A stretch of DNA of 55,025 bases from a virus (Duplodnaviria; Caudoviricetes): IMG/VR virus record IMGVR_UViG_3300027759_000115, positions 1 through 55,025 of that record; one strand, 5' to 3'. Every line of letters begins with the position of its first letter. The stretch's first letter is position 1. Under the pieces are notes generated by a model that saw nothing but the letters and a program-made list of their open reading frames with translations, did not search any database and was not told the origin of the DNA. Positions 36,301 through 44,583 of this stretch are shown here, piece after piece. Both the position numbers and the translations under genes were made by a program.

Positions 36301-36565
36301 ACCAACACGGCTGGGGACTGGTGAGGAATTACCAGAGGCGGCGCAAGAACTCAAGAGAGTCGGCAACCGCATGAACCAGTCAGTCCCCATGCGTGTAGGT
36401 TGTTGGTGGGGTTTGGATTTCATGGGCTGTCCATTCTCCCGTGCGCCGTTGCGAACCCAACGGTAAGCGGCCTTTGTCTATCGCACTACACCAACACGGC
36501 TGGGGACTGCCCACTCGCTTGCGAGGCGTTGGTTGGGTTGCACCCACAATCCCCATGCGTGTTGG
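36301..36565 (-). ncRNA. Candidate structured RNA array: two conserved long stems with different inserts
   Basis: CC(A/T)ACACG-CA-TGGGGA(C/T)TG...CAGTCCCCA-GC-CGTGTTGG occurs twice (36301-36400, 36491-36565); strand inferred from the flanking operon. Confidence 0.6.
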
Positions 36566-36592
36566 CCCCACCTAAGGGGCCTGAAAATCATA

Positions 36593-37450
36593 TCACTTCT
36601 TTCGGCACTCCATAATTTTTTGCACCACAGCCCACAAACTGCTCTTGGTGTGAAGGTCATTTGCATCCCACCCCATCTCGTTGGCCATCGTCCAAGGCAG
36701 GCCGGTGGCCACAGCACTGTTTTCCCCGGTCTTTGACTCGTCGTTGTCAGCAAATACAAACCGCCTGCCCTTGATCTGCGGGGCCACTTGCACAAGGTTG
36801 GAAGCCGAAAAGCACACCACTACGCTGGCCAAAGAACCGGTGCTCCGCAGGGCATGGCTCAACGACAAACCGGTGGCGTAGCCCTCCACCAGCCAAACCT
36901 CAGCGGCATCTTTGACCCCCAGCCACAGCACAGCATGCTTGGCCCTCATCCCAGCCAGCATCTTCTTGTGGTATTTCCGCAACTCCCCATCCCACCAGAT
37001 CTCCTGGTAGCCCTGGAGGACATTGGTTGCCACGTTGCGCATCGGCACCAAAAGCTTTTCATCCAGCACCAGCCCCTTCATCTCGGGGAACCCCTTCAAA
37101 TGCAGGTAGTTGTGCAACTCCATCTTGGCCGACCGCAGAATGATGTCGGCCTTTTGGGCGGTCAACTGGTACCGGCGCTCCTGGGTATCCTCAGCAGACC
37201 GCTTTTTAGCCCCCCAGGCGCGTTTTTCTTCATCAGTCCATGGTTTGGCATTGCCATCCTGGTACCACGTCACTGAAGAGCCGTCTGCCCAGTTTTGAAC
37301 CCAGCCCCGGCGACCGTCCCAAAAGTAAGCCCCATTGTCCGACCTGGGCTTGTCCACCGTGCCACAGCGCTTGATCCGATCGGAAGCGATCAACCGGTTG
37401 GGGTCGATCTCCACCCCGTGGATGCGTGCAAAAGAAATGAAGTCGCTCAT
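36593..37450 (-). CDS. Toprim-domain primase-like protein
   Basis: LVPMR, GYQ.I, LVEGYATGLS, FADND, DANDL. Confidence 0.85.
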   Translation of the reverse strand: MSDFISFARIHGVEIDPNRLIASDRIKRCGTVDKPRSDNGAYFWDGRRGWVQNWADGSSVTWYQDGNAKPWTDEEKRAWGAKKRSAEDTQERRYQLTAQKADIILRSAKMELHNYLHLKGFPEMKGLVLDEKLLVPMRNVATNVLQGYQEIWWDGELRKYHKKMLAGMRAKHAVLWLGVKDAAEVWLVEGYATGLSLSHALRSTGSLASVVVCFSASNLVQVAPQIKGRRFVFADNDESKTGENSAVATGLPWTMANEMGWDANDLHTKSSLWAVVQKIMECRKK

Positions 37451-37635
37451 TTGTTCCCCGCAAAATATTTGATCGTGGTATCAGTATATTGAGGTTGTTT
37501 GCTGGGTTTGCGCCGAACGTCGTTCTCATGCAACTTCTTCCGAATTTTTGAGCATTTGTCTTTTTCTAATTCGTTGTGTTGTTTTCTGTGCTTGCCGCAA
37601 ATCTCGCAAATCCAGCTTTCAAAATATGAACTCAT
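37447..37635 (-). CDS. Small basic Zn-finger-like protein
   Basis: MSSYFESWICEICGK...; ATGA-coupled on both sides. Confidence 0.6.
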   Translation of the reverse strand: MSSYFESWICEICGKHRKQHNELEKDKCSKIRKKLHENDVRRKPSKQPQYTDTTIKYFAGNK

Positions 37636-39155
37636 TTGCTCATCCCCCGCTTGAACGCCATGTTCAACGACTGGATCTTGTTGTATACGTTCTTGCTGAT
37701 CTCCACCGTGGGAGCCTTGCTGAACTGCCAACGGGTTTCCTGGCCGGTGATCTTCTGAAACAGGTGCCACGCCCGACCAGACTGCTTGTCAGGTTGGCTG
37801 TGATGCCGGGCGTATGAGCACACTTGATTCCACAAGTGCTCGGCGTTGTCGGCCAACTTCTTCTTGTTCTTTCCCTCACCGATGTAGATTTCTTTCATGT
37901 GGCCGGGCAGGGCCTCTTGGATCGCAGGCGACACCTTCTCATACCCGCAGGCCATACAGCGCTTGCTGAAGAGTTTGTAGCCACAGCGTGGGCATCCCTT
38001 GAGTTCATAGTCCTCGTCCTTGCGGATCGCCTTGTCAAGCTTTTCGCCATCATCGAGCTTGGCCAGCCCGTTGAAAAAGACCTCAGTGAAGTCATCGGCA
38101 AAGCGCACGATGTTGCCGCTGAAGTCCAGCAAATAGCAATCCTTCTTGCCGGGTGAAGATCTTAGGCCGCGGCCCCACATCTGAATGGCAGTGGACAACG
38201 ACTTGCGAAGGGGGCGTGCATCGCACACACAACCCACGTCAGGCACGTCAAACCCCTTGGCCAAGGCTTCCACACTGATCAAGATCTTGAGCATACTGTT
38301 GGGCTTGCGGTACTCCTCCAATAGGGTCTTGCGCTCAGTGTCGGTCGTTTCAGAGGTAAACACCGCGGCCATGACACCTTGGTCGATGAACTGTTGGGCC
38401 AGTTGCTGGCAGTGCTTGATGGTGGCACCAAAGATGATGGTCTTGCGGTTTTCAGCAAATCGAATCCACTCAGTGACCACGTCCCCCACAATGGCCATGC
38501 CGCGCTCCTCAGCGGCCTTGTCCGTCCACTCCCCACCGGCAGTCTTGGCTCCGCTCATGTCGGGCTTGGTGCAGGAAAATATCCGCATCGGCACCAACAC
38601 ACCGGACTCGGTCAACTCGTGCATGGTGGTGGCGTTGATCAGGTTGGTGAAGATCTTCCCCAAACCCGTGCTGAACGGTGTAGCCGACAACCCAATCACT
38701 GCGGCACCGGTGGTTTGGGCAAATTCAGTCCAAGCCTTGTAGGTGGTATGGGCCTCATCGACCACGAGCACATCCAGCTTTGGCCAGAACTCCCGCTTGG
38801 CAATCGTTTGCACTGAGGCGATCTGGAGCAACGCCTCTGGCCTGCGCCGCCAGTGCTCGGCTTGGATGACTCCGTGAGAGCTCAATCCGTAGGCATCAGC
38901 GACCTCAGAGGTCTGGTTGATCAGTGTGGTGCGGTCGCACAGGAAAACTGCACGCTTGCCCCTTTGCATGGCCTCATGGCAGATCCGCAAACCCAGGTAG
39001 GTTTTACCGGCCCCCGTGGGGGCCATGATGATCTGGTTCTTGTGGCCATCACGGAAGCCCTTGCGTAGGGAATAGTGGGCATCGACCTGGAAGGGGCGGG
39101 GAGCGGGGAAGGTAGTTCCATCATCACACCCCTTAGGTGCTAGGAGGTCAGTCAT
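37632..39155 (-). CDS. Superfamily 2 DNA helicase with C-terminal Zn ribbon
   Basis: APTGAGKT, VVDEAH, GLSATP, GFDVP, QMWGRGLR, CPRC...CMAC. Confidence 0.93.
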   Translation of the reverse strand: MTDLLAPKGCDDGTTFPAPRPFQVDAHYSLRKGFRDGHKNQIIMAPTGAGKTYLGLRICHEAMQRGKRAVFLCDRTTLINQTSEVADAYGLSSHGVIQAEHWRRRPEALLQIASVQTIAKREFWPKLDVLVVDEAHTTYKAWTEFAQTTGAAVIGLSATPFSTGLGKIFTNLINATTMHELTESGVLVPMRIFSCTKPDMSGAKTAGGEWTDKAAEERGMAIVGDVVTEWIRFAENRKTIIFGATIKHCQQLAQQFIDQGVMAAVFTSETTDTERKTLLEEYRKPNSMLKILISVEALAKGFDVPDVGCVCDARPLRKSLSTAIQMWGRGLRSSPGKKDCYLLDFSGNIVRFADDFTEVFFNGLAKLDDGEKLDKAIRKDEDYELKGCPRCGYKLFSKRCMACGYEKVSPAIQEALPGHMKEIYIGEGKNKKKLADNAEHLWNQVCSYARHHSQPDKQSGRAWHLFQKITGQETRWQFSKAPTVEISKNVYNKIQSLNMAFKRGMSK

Positions 39156-39946
39156 TTTTTGGCCTTGTCGAGTTGTTTTTGGAGCTTCTTGCATTCCTTG
39201 ACCAGTTCGTTCTTTTCCCTCATGAGGGCATCGATCCGAAGTTGCATCTGGGCATTGAGGAAGTTCAATTTTTCAATCTCTGCATGCTGTTGGGCCAACT
39301 TGTCATCAGCCTCAAGGAAGCGGTGCATGGCCTCGATGTCAGCGGCCAGGGCCATGTCATTGGCTTTCAGCTCATCGGCGTCGGGAGCAAAGTCATCCTC
39401 AGGTCTTGTAAGTTTCGGCTCAGGTTCGGTTAAACCGGGTTCGGTTAAACCGAGGTTTGCCTTTTCAGCCAACTTTTTCTCAAAATGGCGCTCAATCTTT
39501 TCAGCCTGCTTGGCCTTGGCCTCAGGGTTGCGCACAGCGGCTACAAAGGTGTCTGACACCTTGCACAGCTTGGCAATTTGGTTGTTGCTCAGGTCTTTGG
39601 TGTCCTCATGGATCAAAGCCGCTTCAACCACCCGGCGTTTGGTGGCGTTGTTGCGTTGCAGGCCATGGTTGCCATTGACCCCCATAGCAAGCACCTGGGC
39701 CTCGCGCTGGGTGCCTGGGGTGTACTCCACGGGAACCATTTTTGCGCCAGCCGCCATGTAGGCAAAGTAGCGGTGAAACCCGTCAACCAGCCAATGGGTT
39801 GACCCATCAAACACGGTTTCCATGTAGGGAAATTCATCCCCATTGCGCATTGCTTCAGTGTAGTCCCGCACAACATCTTGGTTGATCTGATCGCGGTACT
39901 GCGTACCACCGTCGATGCGTATGTCTTCCAGTTTTACTTTCTTCAT
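39152..39946 (-). CDS. ParB/Srx-domain protein with HTH and C-terminal coiled coil
   Basis: IRID.GTQ.R, LVDGFHR..A (ParB GxxR box), LSNNQIAKLCKVSDTFVAAVR HTH. Confidence 0.8.
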   Translation of the reverse strand: MKKVKLEDIRIDGGTQYRDQINQDVVRDYTEAMRNGDEFPYMETVFDGSTHWLVDGFHRYFAYMAAGAKMVPVEYTPGTQREAQVLAMGVNGNHGLQRNNATKRRVVEAALIHEDTKDLSNNQIAKLCKVSDTFVAAVRNPEAKAKQAEKIERHFEKKLAEKANLGLTEPGLTEPEPKLTRPEDDFAPDADELKANDMALAADIEAMHRFLEADDKLAQQHAEIEKLNFLNAQMQLRIDALMREKNELVKECKKLQKQLDKAKK

Positions 39947-39976
39947 CTTCACTCCTTTAAACACTCAACATTGAGT

Positions 39977-40177
39977 TCATGCGAAAAGATCCGGGCGCAA
40001 GTCTTTGCGTTTGACCTTGCCCTTGGTTTCCTTTTCAATCCGTTTGGCCAACTCAGCAGAACAGTTACGTCTACCGCTAATCAGCAGGCCCATCCAAGTC
40101 GGCGTGATGCCCAAACGAGCGGCCAACTCTTGCTTGGCACCTCGCGGTTCATCATCAAAATATTTGTGTAGTTTCAT
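39977..40177 (-). CDS. Cro/YdaS-like HTH regulator
   Basis: LAARLGIT......SGRR.CS.ELA..IE..T.G.V...DLRPD. Confidence 0.85.
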   Translation of the reverse strand: MKLHKYFDDEPRGAKQELAARLGITPTWMGLLISGRRNCSAELAKRIEKETKGKVKRKDLRPDLFA

Positions 40178-40206
40178 TTGTTGCTCTCTAACATGGGGTT
40201 TGAAAA

Positions 40207-40241
40207 AACTATAACACAATTTCAAATTCCGTGTTATAGTT
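40207..40241. promoter_or_regulatory. Divergent promoter region with 11 bp inverted repeat
   Basis: AACTATAACAC-N13-GTGTTATAGTT between the divergent operons; each arm reads TGTTATAGT (extended -10-like). Confidence 0.7.
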
Positions 40242-40296
40242 TGCCTACGGTCACAAGACCGGGTTTGTCCGATAAGGACGTTTTTCAGGAGTTAAT

Positions 40297-40938
40297 ATGA
40301 GTTTTTACGTTGAAGATAAGGGTGGCGATTTTGAACGTTGTCCATCCGGTATGCATCTTGGTCGGTGTTACCGAATAATTGACTTGGGTACCCAGAAGTC
40401 AGAGTATATGGGGCAGGTCAAATACCTCCACAAAGTGATGCTTGGCTGGGAGCTTCACGGCTCAAACGATGCCGGTGAACCCCTCAAGATGAAAGATGGT
40501 CGCCCGTTTGCAATCTTCAAAAACTACACCCTATCTTGGTCGGAAAAAGCCAACTTGCGGCTTGACCTTCAATCATGGCGTGGCAAGCAATTCTCTCAAG
40601 AGGAAATGCGCCGCTTTGACCTGAAGACCATCCTTGGTGTGTGGTGCATGTTGAACATCATTGACCGTGTCGGCACGGATGGAAAGACCTACACCAACGT
40701 CAATGGCATCACTCCAGTGCCCTCAGTGATCAAGCAAGCTGGTTTGCCTGCGCCCGTGAACAAGAATGAGTTGTTCAACATCGGCGACCCCGACATGGCC
40801 ATGTTTGAAACCTTCAGCGAAAACTTGAAGAAGAAGATTTCATCTTCACCAGAGTGGCAAAGACGCAACGCACCGATAAACAGTGCGCCTGAGCCTCTTG
40901 CCTCGTATCCTGATCAAGATGATGACATTCCCTTCTGA
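40297..40938 (+). CDS. Putative single-stranded DNA-binding protein
   Basis: P.G.H.GRC..IIDLGTQ, YTLS.SEKANLR.DL.SWRG, acidic DDDIPF tail. Confidence 0.7.
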   Translation: MSFYVEDKGGDFERCPSGMHLGRCYRIIDLGTQKSEYMGQVKYLHKVMLGWELHGSNDAGEPLKMKDGRPFAIFKNYTLSWSEKANLRLDLQSWRGKQFSQEEMRRFDLKTILGVWCMLNIIDRVGTDGKTYTNVNGITPVPSVIKQAGLPAPVNKNELFNIGDPDMAMFETFSENLKKKISSSPEWQRRNAPINSAPEPLASYPDQDDDIPF

Positions 40939-40948
40939 GGAGCACAAC

Positions 40949-41305
40949 ATGGACGTGAAACAAATAGCCCTTGAAAAAGTCATCAAGATGCTCAACAACA
41001 TCGGCGTTGAATTTGCTGTGATCGACTTTGATGGAAAGAAGCACGGCACCCTTGAGGTGGCCCCACCCAAGCCTGAGCGCACCCGCACAAAGTATGACAA
41101 CCCTCATGGCGAACTCACCCAGTATGTCAAGGGTTACATCGGTGAAATGAAGCCCGGTGATGTGATTGAGGTGCCCATCAAGTACGGTCGAAGACGAACC
41201 CAATCAGCCTTGTCTGGATATGCGTGTCGGATATTTGGTAACAGCAACACTGTCACCTCGTACAACACCGCCAAAGACACCCTTGAAATCATGCGCATTT
41301 TGTAA
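40949..41305 (+). CDS. Hypothetical protein
   Basis: MDVKQIA start with GAGGAG RBS. Confidence 0.7.
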   Translation: MDVKQIALEKVIKMLNNIGVEFAVIDFDGKKHGTLEVAPPKPERTRTKYDNPHGELTQYVKGYIGEMKPGDVIEVPIKYGRRRTQSALSGYACRIFGNSNTVTSYNTAKDTLEIMRIL

Positions 41306-41316
41306 GGAGCCACAAC

Positions 41317-41625
41317 ATGACCGCGCCAGAAAAACTGAAGAAGCTCAAAACAGACATTGATTACATTGATCCCAAGACAATGCAAAAGGTCTGTTCTTTT
41401 AATCAGTGCATTGAAAAATTCACCATCACTGGGCAAGAAGAAATAACGACTTACCCCAAATGGAGAGATGGCAATCCACTCATAAAAACAACGCATTACC
41501 ACGTTTGCTCTGATTGCGGCAGAAAGCACAGATCACAAAAAGACAAGTCAAAGAATGTGAGTAGTTTTTATGAAGCCGCCGCTGGTGGCGGAAATGAATT
41601 AAACAGAAAAGAGAAAAGCACATGA
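41317..41625 (+). CDS. Hypothetical Zn-ribbon-like protein
   Basis: CSFNQC...CSDCG; AAGGAG RBS. Confidence 0.6.
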   Translation: MTAPEKLKKLKTDIDYIDPKTMQKVCSFNQCIEKFTITGQEEITTYPKWRDGNPLIKTTHYHVCSDCGRKHRSQKDKSKNVSSFYEAAAGGGNELNRKEKST

Positions 41626-42419
41626 CCACAATCATTGCAAGATCGGCTGAATCCGTTCACTGGTACCGCCAGGACGGTGGGCCTCAATACACGGTCAAGG
41701 CCAAAGATGGCTCAGACCGCTCCACGACCCTCAGGGACGCACGAAAGATGAACTTGGTACCTTCGGTCACCACGGTCATGAAAATCGCCGCAAAGCCCGG
41801 TTTGGAGGTCTGGAAGCTGGAGCAAATGCTCCTTGCCGCCCTGACCCTGCCAAGGCTCCCCCAGGAGCCCGAAAAGTCCTTCATCGCTCGAGTGGTGGCC
41901 GACTCCAAGGAATCCGCAAAGATGGCCGCTGAACGGGGGACTCGTATCCATGAGTCCATCGAAAAGCACTATCGAGGCGAGGCCAACGAGCACAGCGCCA
42001 TTTCCAAAGCCTTTGAAGAAAAGATCTTCGACCACTTCAAGACCCACCCCCATCAAAAGTGGGAAACAGAGGTATCGTTTGCCCACCCCATGCAATTTGG
42101 TGGGAAGGTGGACTTGTTCACCCGACCAGATGAATCCGCACCCAACGGGATCATGCTGGACGCCAAGTCAAAGGAATTTGGCCCAGATGATGATGTGATT
42201 GCTTATGACGAACACCTCATGCAGTTGGCCGCATACCGCAACGGCGTGGAGATGCCTTATGCGCGGTGCGCAAACGTGTTTGTGTCCGTCACCCACCCAG
42301 GCCTGATCAAGGTTCATGAGTGGTCTGAGGAGGATCTACAAAAGGGCTGGAATATGTTCCAGGCTTTGCTTACCTATTGGAAGCTGAAAAACAACTTTGG
42401 AGAAATCAATGGACAGTGA
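41622..42419 (+). CDS. PD-(D/E)XK (Cas4/RecB-like) exonuclease
   Basis: PSVTT, RGTRIH, GGKVDL, DAK, QLAAY. Confidence 0.85.
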   Translation: MTTIIARSAESVHWYRQDGGPQYTVKAKDGSDRSTTLRDARKMNLVPSVTTVMKIAAKPGLEVWKLEQMLLAALTLPRLPQEPEKSFIARVVADSKESAKMAAERGTRIHESIEKHYRGEANEHSAISKAFEEKIFDHFKTHPHQKWETEVSFAHPMQFGGKVDLFTRPDESAPNGIMLDAKSKEFGPDDDVIAYDEHLMQLAAYRNGVEMPYARCANVFVSVTHPGLIKVHEWSEEDLQKGWNMFQALLTYWKLKNNFGEINGQ

Positions 42420-42624
42420 AAACAAATTTTGGTTGTGCGCTTGGGGCATTGCGTTGGCGTTCTTAACGACGGTCATCGTGTGTCTCACAGTCCACGCTTG
42501 GAACAAGCTCGACAAGTGGGAAAAAGCCGTCAGCAATGGCGCTGATCCCATGGTCACCACCTGCGCTTTGCACGGCGATGCAAACATTGCCATCTGCACA
42601 ATCTTGGCTCAAAACCGTAAATAA
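42409..42624 (+). CDS. Small membrane protein
   Basis: MDSENKFWL... TM segment; GADP..T.CA. Confidence 0.65.
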   Translation: MDSENKFWLCAWGIALAFLTTVIVCLTVHAWNKLDKWEKAVSNGADPMVTTCALHGDANIAICTILAQNRK

Positions 42625-42633
42625 GGAAACATC

Positions 42634-42840
42634 ATGTCAGCACAACGCATCTACATCGTCGGCACACCCTCTGGAGAAATCCGTTTGGTTCGTGCATCCA
42701 TCCGCCAGCAGGCCTTGAGCCATGTGGCCAACAGCGTATTCACGGTGCGCGTGGCATCTCAAGATGACCTCGTGAGCGCCGTGACCAAAGGCGTCCCCGT
42801 GGAAACCTATAAAGCCCCTGAACAACTGGAATTGACATGA
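42634..42840 (+). CDS. Hypothetical protein
   Basis: RIYIV....RLVRA....AL.HVA; AAGGA RBS. Confidence 0.7.
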   Translation: MSAQRIYIVGTPSGEIRLVRASIRQQALSHVANSVFTVRVASQDDLVSAVTKGVPVETYKAPEQLELT

Positions 42841-43064
42841 ACCCATACCTCACCACTGAAGAGATCCGCGACACCTTCATCAACACCAAGCTGGAGGAGA
42901 ACTACAACTTCCTTGAGGAAGATTTGGAAAAGCTTGCCAGTGCCTTTGTGATGGCCGCAATGCCCAAGATCGTCCGCACTGAGCGCACCATGTGCATTGA
43001 CTTTGTGCGCACCCTCAATGGGCCTGTGGCACAAGCCCTGGAAGACAAACGAGGATCACTGTAA
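42837..43064 (+). CDS. Hypothetical protein
   Basis: 75 aa, ATGA-coupled. Confidence 0.65.
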   Translation: MNPYLTTEEIRDTFINTKLEENYNFLEEDLEKLASAFVMAAMPKIVRTERTMCIDFVRTLNGPVAQALEDKRGSL

Positions 43065-43092
43065 AAAAAACCCCCTGCCGCGAAGCAGGGGG
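43063..43092 (-). terminator. Rho-independent terminator at the convergence of the operons
   Basis: CCCCCTGC-N6-GCAGGGGG followed by T8 on the - strand. Confidence 0.8.
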
Positions 43093-43124
43093 AAACGGGA
43101 GGCAACTGCTTTGCCCTTTAAATC

Positions 43125-43223
43125 ATGGAAATAATTATTCTTTTTCTTTTGTGGGTTGTAGTTCAAATTTTGGTATCAACATCTTTTTGGACTGCATTCT
43201 GGATTTGGATATTTCGCCGCTGA
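43125..43223 (+). CDS. Putative 32 aa membrane peptide (not in ORF track)
   Basis: MEIIILFLLWVVVQILVSTSFWTAFWIWIFRR; no well-spaced RBS. Confidence 0.45.
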   Translation: MEIIILFLLWVVVQILVSTSFWTAFWIWIFRR

Positions 43224-43230
43224 AAACCAA

Positions 43231-44583
43231 TTAAGGTTTGGCGGGTTCTGAATTTAAAAATTCTTCCGCCCCAATGTATGCAGACGGCAAATTGAGAAGC
43301 ATGCCCAAGCCTGACAGCGGTGGATTGCCAGTCATCATCAATGTGCTACCAAGGGCACCCGCGCCATGAGCGGCCATTTTCCCGTACTCTTTTGCTTGGA
43401 GAGCTTTGTAAGCCTCACCTGCTTGCTCAGGCGCAACTGCTCCAGCCAGCACAGGTGAAAAGCGCGGTAGGATTTTTCGGCCCATATAGCCAAGCATCTG
43501 ACCAGCTTTGCCTGAACCTCCATATCTTTCCGTTTCTTTTCTCAGGCGATCATTGTCAGCCGATGAAGTTGGTGGCACACCGGGCGCAGTATGGGCATCA
43601 ATTGCCTTGTTTGCATCGCGCAAAGCCTTCATGTTGCTTTCATAGGCTTTTTGTGCGCTATCCAAATTGAATTGCATTTGGGCCTTTTGTTCAGCCAATC
43701 GCCTTTTGGCATCTTCCTCAGCGGCTACACGAGCCTTTTGTTGATTGTCTTGCTGAGACTTTTGCTCTGTGGCATATTTTTGACCTTCGGGGCCAAGCAA
43801 CAAAGGGCTTTCTGCAAATTTTTGAAATGCTGGGCCCACCTGTTGTGCCCGTTCAATTGAACTGGCCATGCCGGGTATGCTCTTTTGGACTTTGCTCATG
43901 CTCGGAGCATCCAAACTTTCCAAAGGTGTTAGACCAAATTTCTGTGCATATTTGCTGGTGGCTTCACCGCCAATAGGTTGCCTTGACAAAACAGACTCAG
44001 GAGCACTTGGGGTTGTGCGAAATTCTGGTGGCAAAAATTCATTGATTCCCAAGTTTTGAACAAGCGTGTTGTACTTAAAAGCTTCTGCCAATTGTCGTTG
44101 ACTTTGATTGAATCTTTCTTGTGCAAGATTTCTTTGCTCCATCAAATTCTTTGATGTGGTTTCATATTCTTGGAATGGATTGTATTTCCCTGCTTTTTCC
44201 AGTTCTTTCAAATTCTGTTGGTATCGAAGTTCATTTGTAGGACTTGCTGTTGAACCCGGTGCGATTGCCTCAAGTGCTTTGGACGTGGTATATCCCGCAA
44301 CCGCGCCTGCCCCCATGGTTTTAAGATCTTCTTTTGTTACGTTACCAAGTTTGTCCAAAAGTTTTGTTTCAGGACTTTTATCATCATCATCGCCAATCAA
44401 ATCCAAAAAAGCTTGCTTGGGATCTTTTTCAGTTTTGTTTGGCGCTTCAACATCAGATTTCACATCTGCTTGCTGATCAGATGTCGAGCTTTTGCTTGCA
44501 ACACCAGCCTCATTTTTAGGCTGTTTTTTCAGCACCTCTGCATCATCTTCCATCAGTGCAAGGAATGGGTTGCGATCAGTCAT
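43231..44583 (-). CDS. Putative DNA ejection / internal virion protein
   Basis: 450 aa helical, G/A-rich hydrophobic segments, last gene of the structural operon. Confidence 0.55.
   Translation of the reverse strand: MTDRNPFLALMEDDAEVLKKQPKNEAGVASKSSTSDQQADVKSDVEAPNKTEKDPKQAFLDLIGDDDDKSPETKLLDKLGNVTKEDLKTMGAGAVAGYTTSKALEAIAPGSTASPTNELRYQQNLKELEKAGKYNPFQEYETTSKNLMEQRNLAQERFNQSQRQLAEAFKYNTLVQNLGINEFLPPEFRTTPSAPESVLSRQPIGGEATSKYAQKFGLTPLESLDAPSMSKVQKSIPGMASSIERAQQVGPAFQKFAESPLLLGPEGQKYATEQKSQQDNQQKARVAAEEDAKRRLAEQKAQMQFNLDSAQKAYESNMKALRDANKAIDAHTAPGVPPTSSADNDRLRKETERYGGSGKAGQMLGYMGRKILPRFSPVLAGAVAPEQAGEAYKALQAKEYGKMAAHGAGALGSTLMMTGNPPLSGLGMLLNLPSAYIGAEEFLNSEPAKP

Noticed and set aside
36318-36333. 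Insert 1 complementary to the RBS of gene 8481-9539 (CTGGTGAGG...AATT)
   Set aside because: Only 9 contiguous matches, partly within the constant stem; expected by chance in 55 kb
36301-36565. CRISPR mini-array or tRNA genes
   Set aside because: Units are inverted-repeat stems around inserts, not direct repeats with uniform spacers; no cloverleaf or canonical T-loop/anticodon arms; no cas operon
41622-42419. Cas4 as evidence of a CRISPR system
   Set aside because: Solo PD-(D/E)XK exonucleases are routine in phage recombination modules; no Fe-S Cys cluster or array seen
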